A stretch of 64,000 nucleotides of DNA from a virus (taxonomy: Duplodnaviria > Heunggongvirae > Uroviricota > Caudoviricetes): IMG/VR virus record IMGVR_UViG_3300035210_000190; one strand, 5' to 3'. This document shows positions 28,838 to 38,616 of this stretch, in pieces. The notes beneath the pieces were generated by a model that saw only the letters and a program-made list of their open reading frames with translations, ran no database searches and was not told where the DNA came from. The translations under genes were made by a program, and so were the position numbers. Each line of letters begins with the position of its first letter. Within the stretch, counting starts at the first letter, position 1.

Positions 28838-29416
28838 ATGAATGAGCATTCAGTTTTTAATACGAAAGATGAACAATTGGCTCAAGAAGTCGGTATTGCG
28901 GTGGCTCGCAGTATGTTCAAAGACCACCAAAATACTAAATATCAGTCCTTTTTGTTCTCTTGGCAGACACATGGCACTGTCGTGGCCGAAATGGCGTCAG
29001 GTAAGCTATTTATCTACTTTCGTGCTAATCCAGTGAACTATGCCGCTTTGCAAGCCATCACAGCCACGGCAGCACTCACTGAATGGAACATTTTGGTCAG
29101 TAATTCACCGGAATCGTTGCCGGTTGCTGTTTTTACTGTTGACGATATCGTGGAGCAATCCAAACAGTATTTTCATCGTTTTTACGAAATCCTTGAAATT
29201 GAATTCGCACACAATTTCACAAAAGAACATCCAGACGCTGCAGAACTTGACTGGAAAGTCGCTTTCAATCATTTGCACACACCGCTTTATGTCTATAACA
29301 AGGGTATTGAAAAACTCGAAAGTATTGTTCGTGAAAAAGGCTTTTCAGTAGAAGAAGCTGACGTTATTTTCCAAAATGTTCGACCTTACTTAAAACGTCT
29401 TTACATTGAAGATTGA
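28838..29416 (+). CDS. hypothetical protein, tandem paralog pair F (1 of 2)
   Basis: shared N-term (DE.LAQ.VGI..AR..F.D) and C-term (LHTP.YVYNK) with next ORF. Confidence 0.65.
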   Translation: MNEHSVFNTKDEQLAQEVGIAVARSMFKDHQNTKYQSFLFSWQTHGTVVAEMASGKLFIYFRANPVNYAALQAITATAALTEWNILVSNSPESLPVAVFTVDDIVEQSKQYFHRFYEILEIEFAHNFTKEHPDAAELDWKVAFNHLHTPLYVYNKGIEKLESIVREKGFSVEEADVIFQNVRPYLKRLYIED

Positions 29417-29423
29417 GGTTATT

Positions 29424-30023
29424 ATGAAAAAACATCAATTATTCCAAACAGAAGATGAAATATTAGCTCAAAATGTTGGTATTTCTTATGCTCGTGAATT
29501 GTTTCAAGATTCGCTTGATGTTGGACAACAAGACGTTTCTTTTTCTTGGGGTACTTTTGGAGACTCGGCAGTTCGTATTGCTGTTGTAAGCTTGGCTCTC
29601 TATTTTCCAGAGACAAAAACAAATATTATCGAACTCAAAAAAATTACAGAGATTTCATTTATCACAGAATGCGAAATTCTTGTTGAAAATGCTGGTTCTA
29701 CACTGGTAATTGGTTGTCACTCTGTTGATGAAATTCGTAATTATTTAACTAAAAATTTTGATGGCTTTTATGATAAATTGAAGAGCCGTTTCAAGCGTGA
29801 TTTTCGCCGTTCTAATCCTGATGTAGTCGATTTGGATGTTCATTGGAAAATTGCTTTTACCACTTTACATACGCCGACATATGTTTATAACAAAGCATTT
29901 GATTATCTGGAACGATACTTAAATAATAAAGGTCTTGAAAGCACTGTAATTCAAGAACTGCATATTGAGTTTACTCAATACTTGAAAAATCTTTTTCTTG
30001 GTGCAGATTTAAAAATTATTTAA
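29424..30023 (+). CDS. hypothetical protein, tandem paralog pair F (2 of 2)
   Basis: paralogy; RBS GAGGT. Confidence 0.65.
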   Translation: MKKHQLFQTEDEILAQNVGISYARELFQDSLDVGQQDVSFSWGTFGDSAVRIAVVSLALYFPETKTNIIELKKITEISFITECEILVENAGSTLVIGCHSVDEIRNYLTKNFDGFYDKLKSRFKRDFRRSNPDVVDLDVHWKIAFTTLHTPTYVYNKAFDYLERYLNNKGLESTVIQELHIEFTQYLKNLFLGADLKII

Positions 30024-30030
30024 AGATTGC

Positions 30031-30060
30031 TTATTTTTCAGTTTTTTGATATCATTGCTC
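30031..30060 (+). promoter_or_regulatory. MotA-box-like middle promoter (TTGCTTA ... TGATATCAT); duplicated at 30579-30608
   Basis: TTGCTTATTTTTCAGTTTTTTGATA repeated verbatim ahead of both paralogs. Confidence 0.45.
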
Positions 30061-30084
30061 TCTACATTACAGAGGTTACACATC

Positions 30085-30522
30085 ATGGGTATTGGTAAAT
30101 ATTCTCCAACAGTCAGCACTTCATACCGTAAAGATCAAAATTGGTATGAAAAGAATGGCGGTGGTTTTGGCAATGGTAAAAACCCTGAATCTGATTACGA
30201 TGATGATGGCTTCGATGCATACGGCTATAACGCTGATGATCGTGATCGAGCTGGTCATCATGAGAATGACTATCCTGCTAGTTTTCATTGGGATGATGGG
30301 GTTGAATATTATCCACTGCATGAATCTGTTCAATCTGAATGGGGTGGTCGTTGTATTCTTGCTATGCGTAAAGCCCGTGAAGAAGCTGCTGCTAATCCAG
30401 AAATGCAAGAAGCCTTCCGTCAACTTGCAGAAGTTCAAGACATTCTCCGAAAAGCTGCTGAGATTGAGCGTGGCCTGAAAGCCGATATTACTAAGGCTTA
30501 TCCTGACTTGCTGCTCGATTAA
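30085..30522 (+). CDS. hypothetical Gly/Asp-rich protein, tandem paralog pair G (1 of 2)
   Basis: N-term MG(I/V)GKYSPTVS.SY..D..W(Y/F)EKNGGGFGNG shared with 30632. Confidence 0.65.
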   Translation: MGIGKYSPTVSTSYRKDQNWYEKNGGGFGNGKNPESDYDDDGFDAYGYNADDRDRAGHHENDYPASFHWDDGVEYYPLHESVQSEWGGRCILAMRKAREEAAANPEMQEAFRQLAEVQDILRKAAEIERGLKADITKAYPDLLLD

Positions 30523-30631
30523 TTTTGTCAATACGATTAAAGACCTAGCTTCGGCTAGGTTTTTTGTTTTAATGGTTGCTTATTTTTCAGTTTTTTGATA
30601 GTATAGTCTTCTAATTAAAGAGGATACACAC

Positions 30632-31204
30632 ATGGGCGTTGGAAAATATTCCCCAACTGTTAGCCGCTCTTACAGTCAAGATAAAGACTGGTTTGAGAAA
30701 AATGGTGGTGGTTTTGGCAATGGGTTTATGCCCGAATCTCAATTCGATAATCAGGGTTATGATTCGTATGGCTATTCAGGCTATACTGATCGTGACCGGG
30801 CGGGTTATACCGAAAGTGATTACCTGAATGACTCTCATGGTGATAACCAGCGTGGTATCTATGATCGTGTGCGTGATTTGTGGGATCATTACAATGTGCC
30901 CACCATTCTCGATATGGCGATGATTGTTGCTACAAAAGTTGAAAACGACAATCTTTTCGCCTTTAACCATGCGAAAATGGTAACTGTCATCAATATCTAC
31001 GAAGCCGCCAACACAGCCAAACACCAATTGGATCAAACTTTCAAAATGGGTACTGGTGCCGAAGGTAACGAAATCTATCAAAAAGAGTTCAACGAATTTT
31101 TCAAGGAAGTGGCTAAAAACATTGCTGAACACAGTGTTTTCTTGGAAGAGTTTTATGACAAATTCTTGACTGATTTTGTCCAGCTTCAAAAAGCTTTTAA
31201 ATAA
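30632..31204 (+). CDS. hypothetical Gly/Asp-rich protein, tandem paralog pair G (2 of 2)
   Basis: paralogy, duplicated promoter. Confidence 0.65.
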   Translation: MGVGKYSPTVSRSYSQDKDWFEKNGGGFGNGFMPESQFDNQGYDSYGYSGYTDRDRAGYTESDYLNDSHGDNQRGIYDRVRDLWDHYNVPTILDMAMIVATKVENDNLFAFNHAKMVTVINIYEAANTAKHQLDQTFKMGTGAEGNEIYQKEFNEFFKEVAKNIAEHSVFLEEFYDKFLTDFVQLQKAFK

Positions 31205-31268
31205 CAAAAATGTTTGTTATGTTTCGCAAACAATGCTATAATCAATTTTCAATTTAAGAGGTGTCACC

Positions 31269-31502
31269 ATGAAAAGCCAACTTCAAGAAGACCAAGCAGA
31301 ATCGCAATCGAACAACACTGTCGAAGCCAAGGCGGTTGCCATGCTGATGGCCCGTAATGAACGCCTGATTTCTCTGTTGGGTTGCCTTGTGGAAAGTGTC
31401 ACCGCTGATACCGCAGGTAAAGAAATCAGTGAACAACTGAAAGCTGATCTTGATCTGGCTAACCTGACGCTTGATGAGTATGAACAAACCCCGCTTTATT
31501 GA
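31269..31502 (+). CDS. hypothetical protein
   Basis: RBS AGAGGTG. Confidence 0.55.
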   Translation: MKSQLQEDQAESQSNNTVEAKAVAMLMARNERLISLLGCLVESVTADTAGKEISEQLKADLDLANLTLDEYEQTPLY

Positions 31503-31580
31503 TTAATAAAGCTTGTTTTAAAAGGTAATATTTGCTACACTCGTTTTTCACTAACCTAAACCACATAAGGATACACATCA

Positions 31581-32435
31581 ATGCTTAAAAAGATTTTTGC
31601 TTCTCTTGTTCTTCTGGCCTCAGTTGCCCTCAGTGGGTGTTCTGAAACCGTAGATGCGGGTTTTGTCGGTGTGGTTGAAAAACACCCCTACTTCGGCACT
31701 GGTGGTGTAGAGAAAGAAGTTTATAAAGGTGGTGATCGCTATTATATCTCGCCAACTTCCATCATGCACCGCTATGACATTAAACCTATTCAGAAAGAAG
31801 AGGCGTTTAATGACTTGGCAACCATTAACTCGACTCCGGTAGACTTTAAAGCGGTGGTTCGTTATGAAATCATTCCTGAAAAAGCTTACATCTACCATGA
31901 AAGCTTTGGTAATGCAATGTATGATAATAACTTGAAAAAAGACTTTCAAAACATGCTTCGTGACTTTGCTCGAAAACACACTGTGAAGCAACTCACTACA
32001 GAACAGACAGTGACTGACTCAGGTGAAGACGATGTTTACAAGAAAATGGTTGACATTGTTGTAGCAAAAGGCATTCCGGTTCGAATTTTGGCTGTAACTA
32101 TCGGTGCAATTATGCCGCCAGATGAAGTTCTTGCAGAAACTGCTCGGACAGAAGCTCAAATTCAACGTGCATTAACTGAAATTGAACGAGCGTCTGCTGA
32201 AACTCAGCGAAAAGAAGCTGAAACCAACAAAGCTGCTGCTGACAATGAATACATGAGCAAAATGAAAATGACACCTGAGCAATACTTGCGAGGTCGTGAA
32301 ATTGACAACCAGCGTGAGATTGTTGAAACGGTCAAAAAGAAAGATAACGTCAACATGTTGATTGTCTTGGGTGGTGGTGGCTCCCTTCCACAAGGGGTAA
32401 CAGTTCCACAGCCCATCGTTCAACCAAAGCAGTAA
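31581..32435 (+). CDS. SPFH/band-7 domain lipoprotein
   Basis: lipobox LSGC; SPFH-like core and C-terminal coiled coil AETARTEAQIQRAL. Confidence 0.6.
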   Translation: MLKKIFASLVLLASVALSGCSETVDAGFVGVVEKHPYFGTGGVEKEVYKGGDRYYISPTSIMHRYDIKPIQKEEAFNDLATINSTPVDFKAVVRYEIIPEKAYIYHESFGNAMYDNNLKKDFQNMLRDFARKHTVKQLTTEQTVTDSGEDDVYKKMVDIVVAKGIPVRILAVTIGAIMPPDEVLAETARTEAQIQRALTEIERASAETQRKEAETNKAAADNEYMSKMKMTPEQYLRGREIDNQREIVETVKKKDNVNMLIVLGGGGSLPQGVTVPQPIVQPKQ

Positions 32436-32486
32436 AGCAACACAAAGAAAAAGGCCACTAGTTGGCCTTTTTTGTTGTTTTAATTA

Positions 32487-32906
32487 TTATTTAATAGTTG
32501 GATACCTGCAGACTTGATAGTAATCATATGCACTATCAGTTCTAGCTAATTCACCAGTTATATAAACATATCCTTCGGCTGTAAGTGGGAATTTTAATTT
32601 TTTTGTATATCCTGAATCTACATAGATTCTGTTTTGCCATCTTAAATATCGAATTGAGTTTCCATAAGTTATATGATTTCTAAAGACTTTTGTCCATGTT
32701 TTTGACTCACTATATGTATCACATTCATAGCCATCTGGCTTGGTTGGTTCCGTTACAATTGGTGGAATTGGTGGAACTTGTGTATCATTAATAAAAACTA
32801 TATCTCCTTTATTAAGATGTGATTCTGGCTTTATTACCACTTCATAACTTGCAAGTGATATTGATGTAATCATTAAAATTGACAGACTTATGATTATTTT
32901 TTTCAT
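32487..32906 (-). CDS. secreted protein (signal peptide), C-terminus related to Cys-repeat secreted family
   Basis: MKKIIISLSILMITSISLASY signal peptide; C-term YYQVCRYP resembles GYQVCQVN of 56615; AT-rich flank. Confidence 0.65.
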   Translation of the reverse strand: MKKIIISLSILMITSISLASYEVVIKPESHLNKGDIVFINDTQVPPIPPIVTEPTKPDGYECDTYSESKTWTKVFRNHITYGNSIRYLRWQNRIYVDSGYTKKLKFPLTAEGYVYITGELARTDSAYDYYQVCRYPTIK

Positions 32907-33044
32907 TTTTAGTATTTTTTGTATTTATTCTCTTATATCATAATACTTTTATTTATTATAAAGTCAAAAAAATCATCCTAATTGTGTTTGCTATAAATCA
33001 CATTTTATTGTATAATCAGCCTACATTTACGAAGAGGATTCGCC

Positions 33045-33299
33045 ATGACTACCGTTCAAACTCCAAAAGAAAGCGTGATTGATGAAGCTACTGACATGAT
33101 CGACCGTGTTCTGGCCGACGCTCGGGCTAAACTGCTGAAAGCTGTTGAATGTGGTGCCCTGAACATCACCGAAGACACCTCGACACATATTGCCCTTGGT
33201 AAAGTTGTTGCCAAAGCTGTTTTGCTGGATGCTATCGACAATCAGTTGACTTTGGGTAGCCGTGACAAAGAAGTGAAGAACCTTCGCCGCCAGATTTAA
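33045..33299 (+). CDS. hypothetical protein
   Basis: promoter TGTATAAT; RBS GAGGA. Confidence 0.6.
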   Translation: MTTVQTPKESVIDEATDMIDRVLADARAKLLKAVECGALNITEDTSTHIALGKVVAKAVLLDAIDNQLTLGSRDKEVKNLRRQI

Positions 33300-33426
33300 G
33301 CAGTAGCGACGGTCAGAAAAGCAGGCTTTCGGGTCTGCTTTTTTTTGACTTAAACTAAGATAAATGTTGTTTTTGTTTTCACTCGTTGTTATAATGGCTC
33401 CATCAAAACCAAAGGGGTTTACCATC

Positions 33427-33705
33427 ATGTCCATCACTACCGTAACCATCACTTTCAAATTGGATACTGTTCTTCGTGACGACACCTACGACTTTTTTCA
33501 CTTGGATGCTGAAATCTATCATAAGAATGTTTATGAGTTTCAGGTGCTGAGCTTTGACAAAGAACGTAAAATTTGTGTGGCTGAACTCTATTTGCACAGT
33601 GCAGTAGACGAAAGCAAACTGCCAACCCTTTTCGATGGTTCCCGCCTGTCGGTCAGTGTTGATTGCCGCGAAGTTGAATACTCAGGTTTGACGATTACGG
33701 CATAA
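33427..33705 (+). CDS. hypothetical protein
   Basis: RBS AAGGGG. Confidence 0.55.
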   Translation: MSITTVTITFKLDTVLRDDTYDFFHLDAEIYHKNVYEFQVLSFDKERKICVAELYLHSAVDESKLPTLFDGSRLSVSVDCREVEYSGLTITA

Positions 33706-33832
33706 TCTCAACAAGGTTATTAATTAGCAGTCCTTCGGGGCTGCTTTTTATTTTAAAAATATCATTTTTGACTTGCCTTCACTGCTGTATTTCGATATAA
33801 TAGCTCAACTCAAACCAGTAGAGATTTGAATC

Positions 33833-34954
33833 ATGTCCAGCATCTTCCCCCGTATTGAAACCCTTGATGATATGATTCCTCATATCAAAGACCGTGCCTA
33901 TATTTCTCTTAACAAACAGGATAACGGTGCCGACATCGTTTGCTACAACATCAGCAACGGTGACTCTTTCAACACTCCGGTTGAAAAGGAAGCTCGCGGT
34001 ATTACCTTTGACGACAACGGTAAAATACTGTCGCGTCCATTGCACAAATTCTTCAACTTGGCAGAGCGTGCAGAAGTCCAGCCAGCCGTTTTGGATTGGA
34101 ACACTATGGTTGCCGGGTTTGATAAAATGGATGGCTCCATGATTACCACAGGGCTGTTCAAAGGCGAATTCTTTGCTAAGTCCAAGAAGTCTTTCAAATC
34201 GGATGTGGCTGTTTCGGCAGAAGGCTTTGTGTCTCGTAACCAGAAATACTACGAGTTCACCAAATATTGCTCTCAGGCCCAACTGACGCCAATTTTTGAA
34301 TTCACTTCGCCAAAGCATCGTATCGTTTTGCGTTATGACGAAGACAACATGACATTGCTTCATGTTCGTCACAACATCACAGGCGATTACTTAATGCCTG
34401 CTGAAAAAGACCAACTGGCGTTGTTGTTTGATATTCCTGTTAACAAGCCACTGTTTGGTGAAGAATTTGATTTGGCTTCCCTGTTGAAGTCGCTGAACAC
34501 GGTTGAAGGGATTGAAGGCTATGTTATTCAATTCGTTAACGGTAACATGATCAAAATCAAAACCAAATGGTATATGAATCTCCATCATGCGGTTAGCTTT
34601 GTTCGTGAACGTGATATTGCTCGTTTGGTGGTCGAAGAAAAACTTGATGATTACATTGCTTATTTGTCGCTAAACTCGCCAACGGCTGATTTGAGTGAAA
34701 TTTATCGTATCAATGACGCTATCAAAGCTTCGATTGAAGCGTTGTCGAAAGAGGTTGATGATATTGCTGCTGCATTCCAAGGTGTTGACGTGAAAACTGC
34801 AGCAATCCAACTCAAAGGCCACAAACACTTTGGTTTTGTTATGGGGGCAATTCGTGGTCACAAAAACGACTACCTGTATCACTACTCTAAAAACCATCTG
34901 GTGGATTGGTCGTTGGACCAAATTGAGCTTGGCGACTTGTCCGCTCCCGTTTAA
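33833..34954 (+). CDS. RNA ligase, Rnl1 family (divergent paralog A)
   Basis: KFFNL, nucleotidyl-lysine motif DKMDGSM, EGYVIQFVNGNMIKIKTKWYMNLH matching T4 Rnl1 motifs. Confidence 0.8.
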   Translation: MSSIFPRIETLDDMIPHIKDRAYISLNKQDNGADIVCYNISNGDSFNTPVEKEARGITFDDNGKILSRPLHKFFNLAERAEVQPAVLDWNTMVAGFDKMDGSMITTGLFKGEFFAKSKKSFKSDVAVSAEGFVSRNQKYYEFTKYCSQAQLTPIFEFTSPKHRIVLRYDEDNMTLLHVRHNITGDYLMPAEKDQLALLFDIPVNKPLFGEEFDLASLLKSLNTVEGIEGYVIQFVNGNMIKIKTKWYMNLHHAVSFVRERDIARLVVEEKLDDYIAYLSLNSPTADLSEIYRINDAIKASIEALSKEVDDIAAAFQGVDVKTAAIQLKGHKHFGFVMGAIRGHKNDYLYHYSKNHLVDWSLDQIELGDLSAPV

Positions 34955-35072
34955 CTCAGCATGAAGAAAGAAGCCCTGCATTTGCAGGGCTTTTTTATAA
35001 AAATCTATTTTTTGGTTGTTAATTTTTAGTTTTTGATGTATAATCAATTTATTCAAAACAGAGGTTTATTCG

Positions 35073-35456
35073 ATGAAAACTATTCGTGAAAAAGCAGCCG
35101 ATGTAGATATTACAAACACAGATTTTTTGAATTTCATAGCACGGTTCCGTAAAGGTGACACGTCTGTTGTTTGTTGGTCTTTGGTTGAAGATGGTTCTTC
35201 TGGTATCGAGGAAACTATTGCTTGCCCACCCAACTTTCAACTGGTTGCCATGATGTTTCCAGACGTTTCGGCGGTGGTTATGATGGAACTGGCTCAAAAA
35301 CTGCGTAGCTTTTTCAACTCTTGGTGGATAACCGAAGAACCCGAAGCGTATTCAGAGCCGCCACGGAACTATTCGCGTTTTTCAGCAACCATTGAATACA
35401 CTCGCCTTTATGTCTTCTATCTTGAACAGAAAAAAGCGATGGACGCAAAAGCGTAA
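35073..35456 (+). CDS. hypothetical protein
   Basis: promoter TGATGTATAAT; RBS AGAGG. Confidence 0.6.
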   Translation: MKTIREKAADVDITNTDFLNFIARFRKGDTSVVCWSLVEDGSSGIEETIACPPNFQLVAMMFPDVSAVVMMELAQKLRSFFNSWWITEEPEAYSEPPRNYSRFSATIEYTRLYVFYLEQKKAMDAKA

Positions 35457-35547
35457 AGATCACAATAAAAGGCAGTCTTTGACTGTCTTTTTCGTTGTTT
35501 GAAAACAATATTTCATGTATAATCCACTGATTACCACAGAGGTTTCT

Positions 35548-35868
35548 ATGACTAAATTTCGAATTACCTATGATCCAACAAATGGTGTTGCAACCCCAGA
35601 TGGATTGTGTGTCGGTCTGGTGGATGAACTGATTTCTTTGCGTCATCTTGGCGATGTAAGCTACACGACTTCGACGGCCAGTGTCATCACAGCATTCCGC
35701 TTAGCCGCTGCTGAAAAGAAAATCAGTGTTGACGATGTTGTCTTTGCCTTTGATGATGCCGATATCACAATGGATAGCAAATTTGAACTGTCTGCTTGGC
35801 CGAAAGGTTTTTGTGATGTTCAAGGCGACATGCTCAATAAAATTATGCAAGCACGAAGAAAAGTTTGA
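35548..35868 (+). CDS. hypothetical protein, paralog of 55253-55564
   Basis: ITYDPTNGVATPDGL / LVYDPIHGVPTSDGL and GFCD motifs shared. Confidence 0.6.
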   Translation: MTKFRITYDPTNGVATPDGLCVGLVDELISLRHLGDVSYTTSTASVITAFRLAAAEKKISVDDVVFAFDDADITMDSKFELSAWPKGFCDVQGDMLNKIMQARRKV

Positions 35869-35912
35869 ATTAAAAATCAGTTTTTGATATAATAGATTCA
35901 GACAATTTAATC

Positions 35913-37046
35913 ATGGAGATTCACATGACTTATCAACAAGAACTGTATGCCCAACTGATGAACCTGTTGGTTACTAATCCGGGGTCTTTTAAATACCGTG
36001 ATGAAATCTCGGCGGTAGACGGTGGGACTTACCGTGTCTTCAACTATGACATTCCAAAGCACTCCGAATTCAAACTTCCGGGTGCCAAGGATTGCCGTGG
36101 AGTCATGTTCTACATGGGCGGTTCTGAGCCAATGCTGGTGGCATTGCCAATGCAGAAATTCTTTTCCTTGGGCGAAACCCCTGAAACGCAAAAGGTGAAG
36201 CCAGAAGAAGCCGACCACGCTTATCTGAAACCCGATGGCTCGTTGCTCACCAGCTATATTTCTCCGATCAATAATACTCTTTACTACAAGAGTAAAAAGA
36301 AGCCTACGTTTGCTGATTACGGCCTTGTTGAACAGTCTATCAGTCCAGAATTGCACGCAGACGTTGAACGGCTGACCCGCACAGGTGTTTCGGTTGACTT
36401 GGAACTGACCACGCCGAAAAACCGTGTTTTCATCGAATACACTACCTACGAAGTTCATGTGTTGAAAGCCCGCGACATGAACACAGGGGCTTATGTGGAC
36501 ATTCGTTCGGCAGAATTTGCCGCAGAATATCCGGTTATTGCGGCCCATTTGGTGAAACGTATCCCTATCAATGAACTCAACGTTAATGACCCTGAAATTG
36601 AGGGTTATGTGGTTGAATTTGGCCCTGACATGTATAAGGTCAAGACCATTCCTTACCTGAAAATGTCGGCAGTGGTTAACATTCAGGATCGTTCGAAGGA
36701 ACGTCAGGTTATTTATGAAGCAACTCTTCATGAAATTCTGGATGAAATTCGTTCGCTGTATCATTACCGGACACACAGCGACAACTTCCCACTGGCTGAA
36801 ATTCTGGCTCGCTTGGATGAAGTCGAAGACTACGCCCGTAAAAGCTACCATTACCTTGTTCGCACGGTTGATAGCTTCCACGATGAGCATAAAGGTTTGG
36901 AACGTGGCGATTACGCTCGTAAAGCCAAAGAAGTGGCTCCATTGCTTCTGTCGGTGTTGATGAGCAAGTTTTCGGGTGACGAGATTGATTACAAACAAGC
37001 CGCTATCATGGTGTTTGCTCGTAAACAAGTGCCTATCCCCGAGTAA
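35913..37046 (+). CDS. rnlA: RNA ligase 1 (T4 Rnl1-like; likely start 35925)
   Basis: TYRVFNY, DCRGVMFYM, QKFFSL, LKPDGSLL (lysine motif I), EGYVVEF...YKVKT match T4 Rnl1. Confidence 0.85.
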   Translation: MEIHMTYQQELYAQLMNLLVTNPGSFKYRDEISAVDGGTYRVFNYDIPKHSEFKLPGAKDCRGVMFYMGGSEPMLVALPMQKFFSLGETPETQKVKPEEADHAYLKPDGSLLTSYISPINNTLYYKSKKKPTFADYGLVEQSISPELHADVERLTRTGVSVDLELTTPKNRVFIEYTTYEVHVLKARDMNTGAYVDIRSAEFAAEYPVIAAHLVKRIPINELNVNDPEIEGYVVEFGPDMYKVKTIPYLKMSAVVNIQDRSKERQVIYEATLHEILDEIRSLYHYRTHSDNFPLAEILARLDEVEDYARKSYHYLVRTVDSFHDEHKGLERGDYARKAKEVAPLLLSVLMSKFSGDEIDYKQAAIMVFARKQVPIPE

Positions 37047-37174
37047 GTGACGGTTTAATAAAACGGCCCTAGTCTTCTAGGGCTTTTTTGTTTCTTTTTA
37101 ATAATCATCTTTACTAATATTCCATTTTTTGATATACTTCTTCTGTTGAAACACACTATTTTCAGGAGACTTAC

Positions 37175-37462
37175 ATGCCCTTTACTGCAAGCATTGTTAA
37201 CCGTCATGGTTATGCCCATGCTTTCTGCAAATCAAGCCACGGTCATTACTACATGGGTGGCCCTAAAACTGCAGAAGTGGTTTTTCAAACGGTAAAAGAG
37301 TTCAATGATTTTGTTGAGCATCTGGAACATTTGACTGTTGAAGACCCTCGTGTTTCTCAGTATGACCTTGATGTATTTGGTTTTGTCAAAGGTCGTGTTC
37401 AATTTGATTTAATTACACCGAAAACCGCTAGACCACCAGCACCGGTTCATAAACTTAAATAA
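37175..37462 (+). CDS. hypothetical protein
   Basis: RBS AGGAGA. Confidence 0.6.
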   Translation: MPFTASIVNRHGYAHAFCKSSHGHYYMGGPKTAEVVFQTVKEFNDFVEHLEHLTVEDPRVSQYDLDVFGFVKGRVQFDLITPKTARPPAPVHKLK

Positions 37463-37475
37463 TATTGGAGTTGTC

Positions 37476-37790
37476 ATGAAAAAATTACTGTGTTTTTTGA
37501 TTATCCCCTTTTTGCTAACTGGTTGTTTGGATGAGTTGAAGCCATCAAAAGCTGAACAATCAAGCACTGCTAATATGATTAAATATCAAAAGGAAATTGA
37601 TATTTATCGAGATAACGGCCCGCAAGATATCATTTGCAGTTCGGGTGGTATTGTTACTTATAAGCATGAGAATATTATATTGTATCGTGGTATTGATTAT
37701 CAAACTCTGAGAATTGATGTTTACGAGCAGGATACGCAAGAAAAAATCATTGTTTCTGGTGACTGTAATATTCGCCCCCACAAATCTTAA
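37476..37790 (+). CDS. lipoprotein
   Basis: lipobox LLTGC; RBS TGGAG. Confidence 0.65.
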   Translation: MKKLLCFLIIPFLLTGCLDELKPSKAEQSSTANMIKYQKEIDIYRDNGPQDIICSSGGIVTYKHENIILYRGIDYQTLRIDVYEQDTQEKIIVSGDCNIRPHKS

Positions 37791-37883
37791 ATATTTATAA
37801 AGAGCCGCTTTCGAGCGGTTTTTTGTTGTCTTTTTTTAAAAAACCTATATAATAAGGCAATAATTCATTTGCGAGGCTATTTT

Positions 37884-38534
37884 ATGTCACTCGAACATGC
37901 CGATATTATTGTAAAAAATCATCTGTTGAATTATCCTACGATTTTCAAAAGTCGTTTGGATGTTCTTATTCAGGTTCTCTTTCGAGATCCAGAGGCTTGT
38001 TGGACGGCAGATGGTTTTGTTGTTGTTAGTGGAATTGATTCTGTTAATAATCCAGAAGTCAAAATGGCAAAAGTTCCGCAGCTCGAAGTACCTCTTCAGA
38101 TGAATGATGATTTGCTTAAATTGGCCCCTGATTTTTATGATGTTCCAAAAATTGAGCGAAAAATGGAATTGATGCAATTAGCATTCATTGAAGAAAATAT
38201 TGATGTCTTCGCAAAAAACAACTTCAAATTTCAGGATAAAATGAATCTTTTTCATCTTGATACACTATCGAGCAATGCACTGATTCTGAATATTCCAGAC
38301 AATATTGAAAGTAGCTGGAAAAAGGCTGTTCTGGAATTGGTTGAATCAACAATTATTGCATTAAGTATGAAGCATAAAATTGATCCTGAGAATGCTTTCA
38401 CAGTTGATGGTTGGAGTTCTCCACGTTGGTTTGATACCTTCATGCAATTTCAGGCTATTCGAAAAACTCTCGCACCTCAGCCAACGATTTCATTATATGA
38501 CTTGTATTCCAGTCTAGGTGAATCAGTAAAATAA
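37884..38534 (+). CDS. hypothetical protein
   Basis: ORF after promoter TATATAAT. Confidence 0.6.
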   Translation: MSLEHADIIVKNHLLNYPTIFKSRLDVLIQVLFRDPEACWTADGFVVVSGIDSVNNPEVKMAKVPQLEVPLQMNDDLLKLAPDFYDVPKIERKMELMQLAFIEENIDVFAKNNFKFQDKMNLFHLDTLSSNALILNIPDNIESSWKKAVLELVESTIIALSMKHKIDPENAFTVDGWSSPRWFDTFMQFQAIRKTLAPQPTISLYDLYSSLGESVK

Positions 38535-38616
38535 CCGCTTTCGAGCGGTTTTTGTTGCTAAAATATCTTTTTTGTTTTATAATAGTCTCATCTTAACTTG
38601 CACAGGTAAATGAAAA

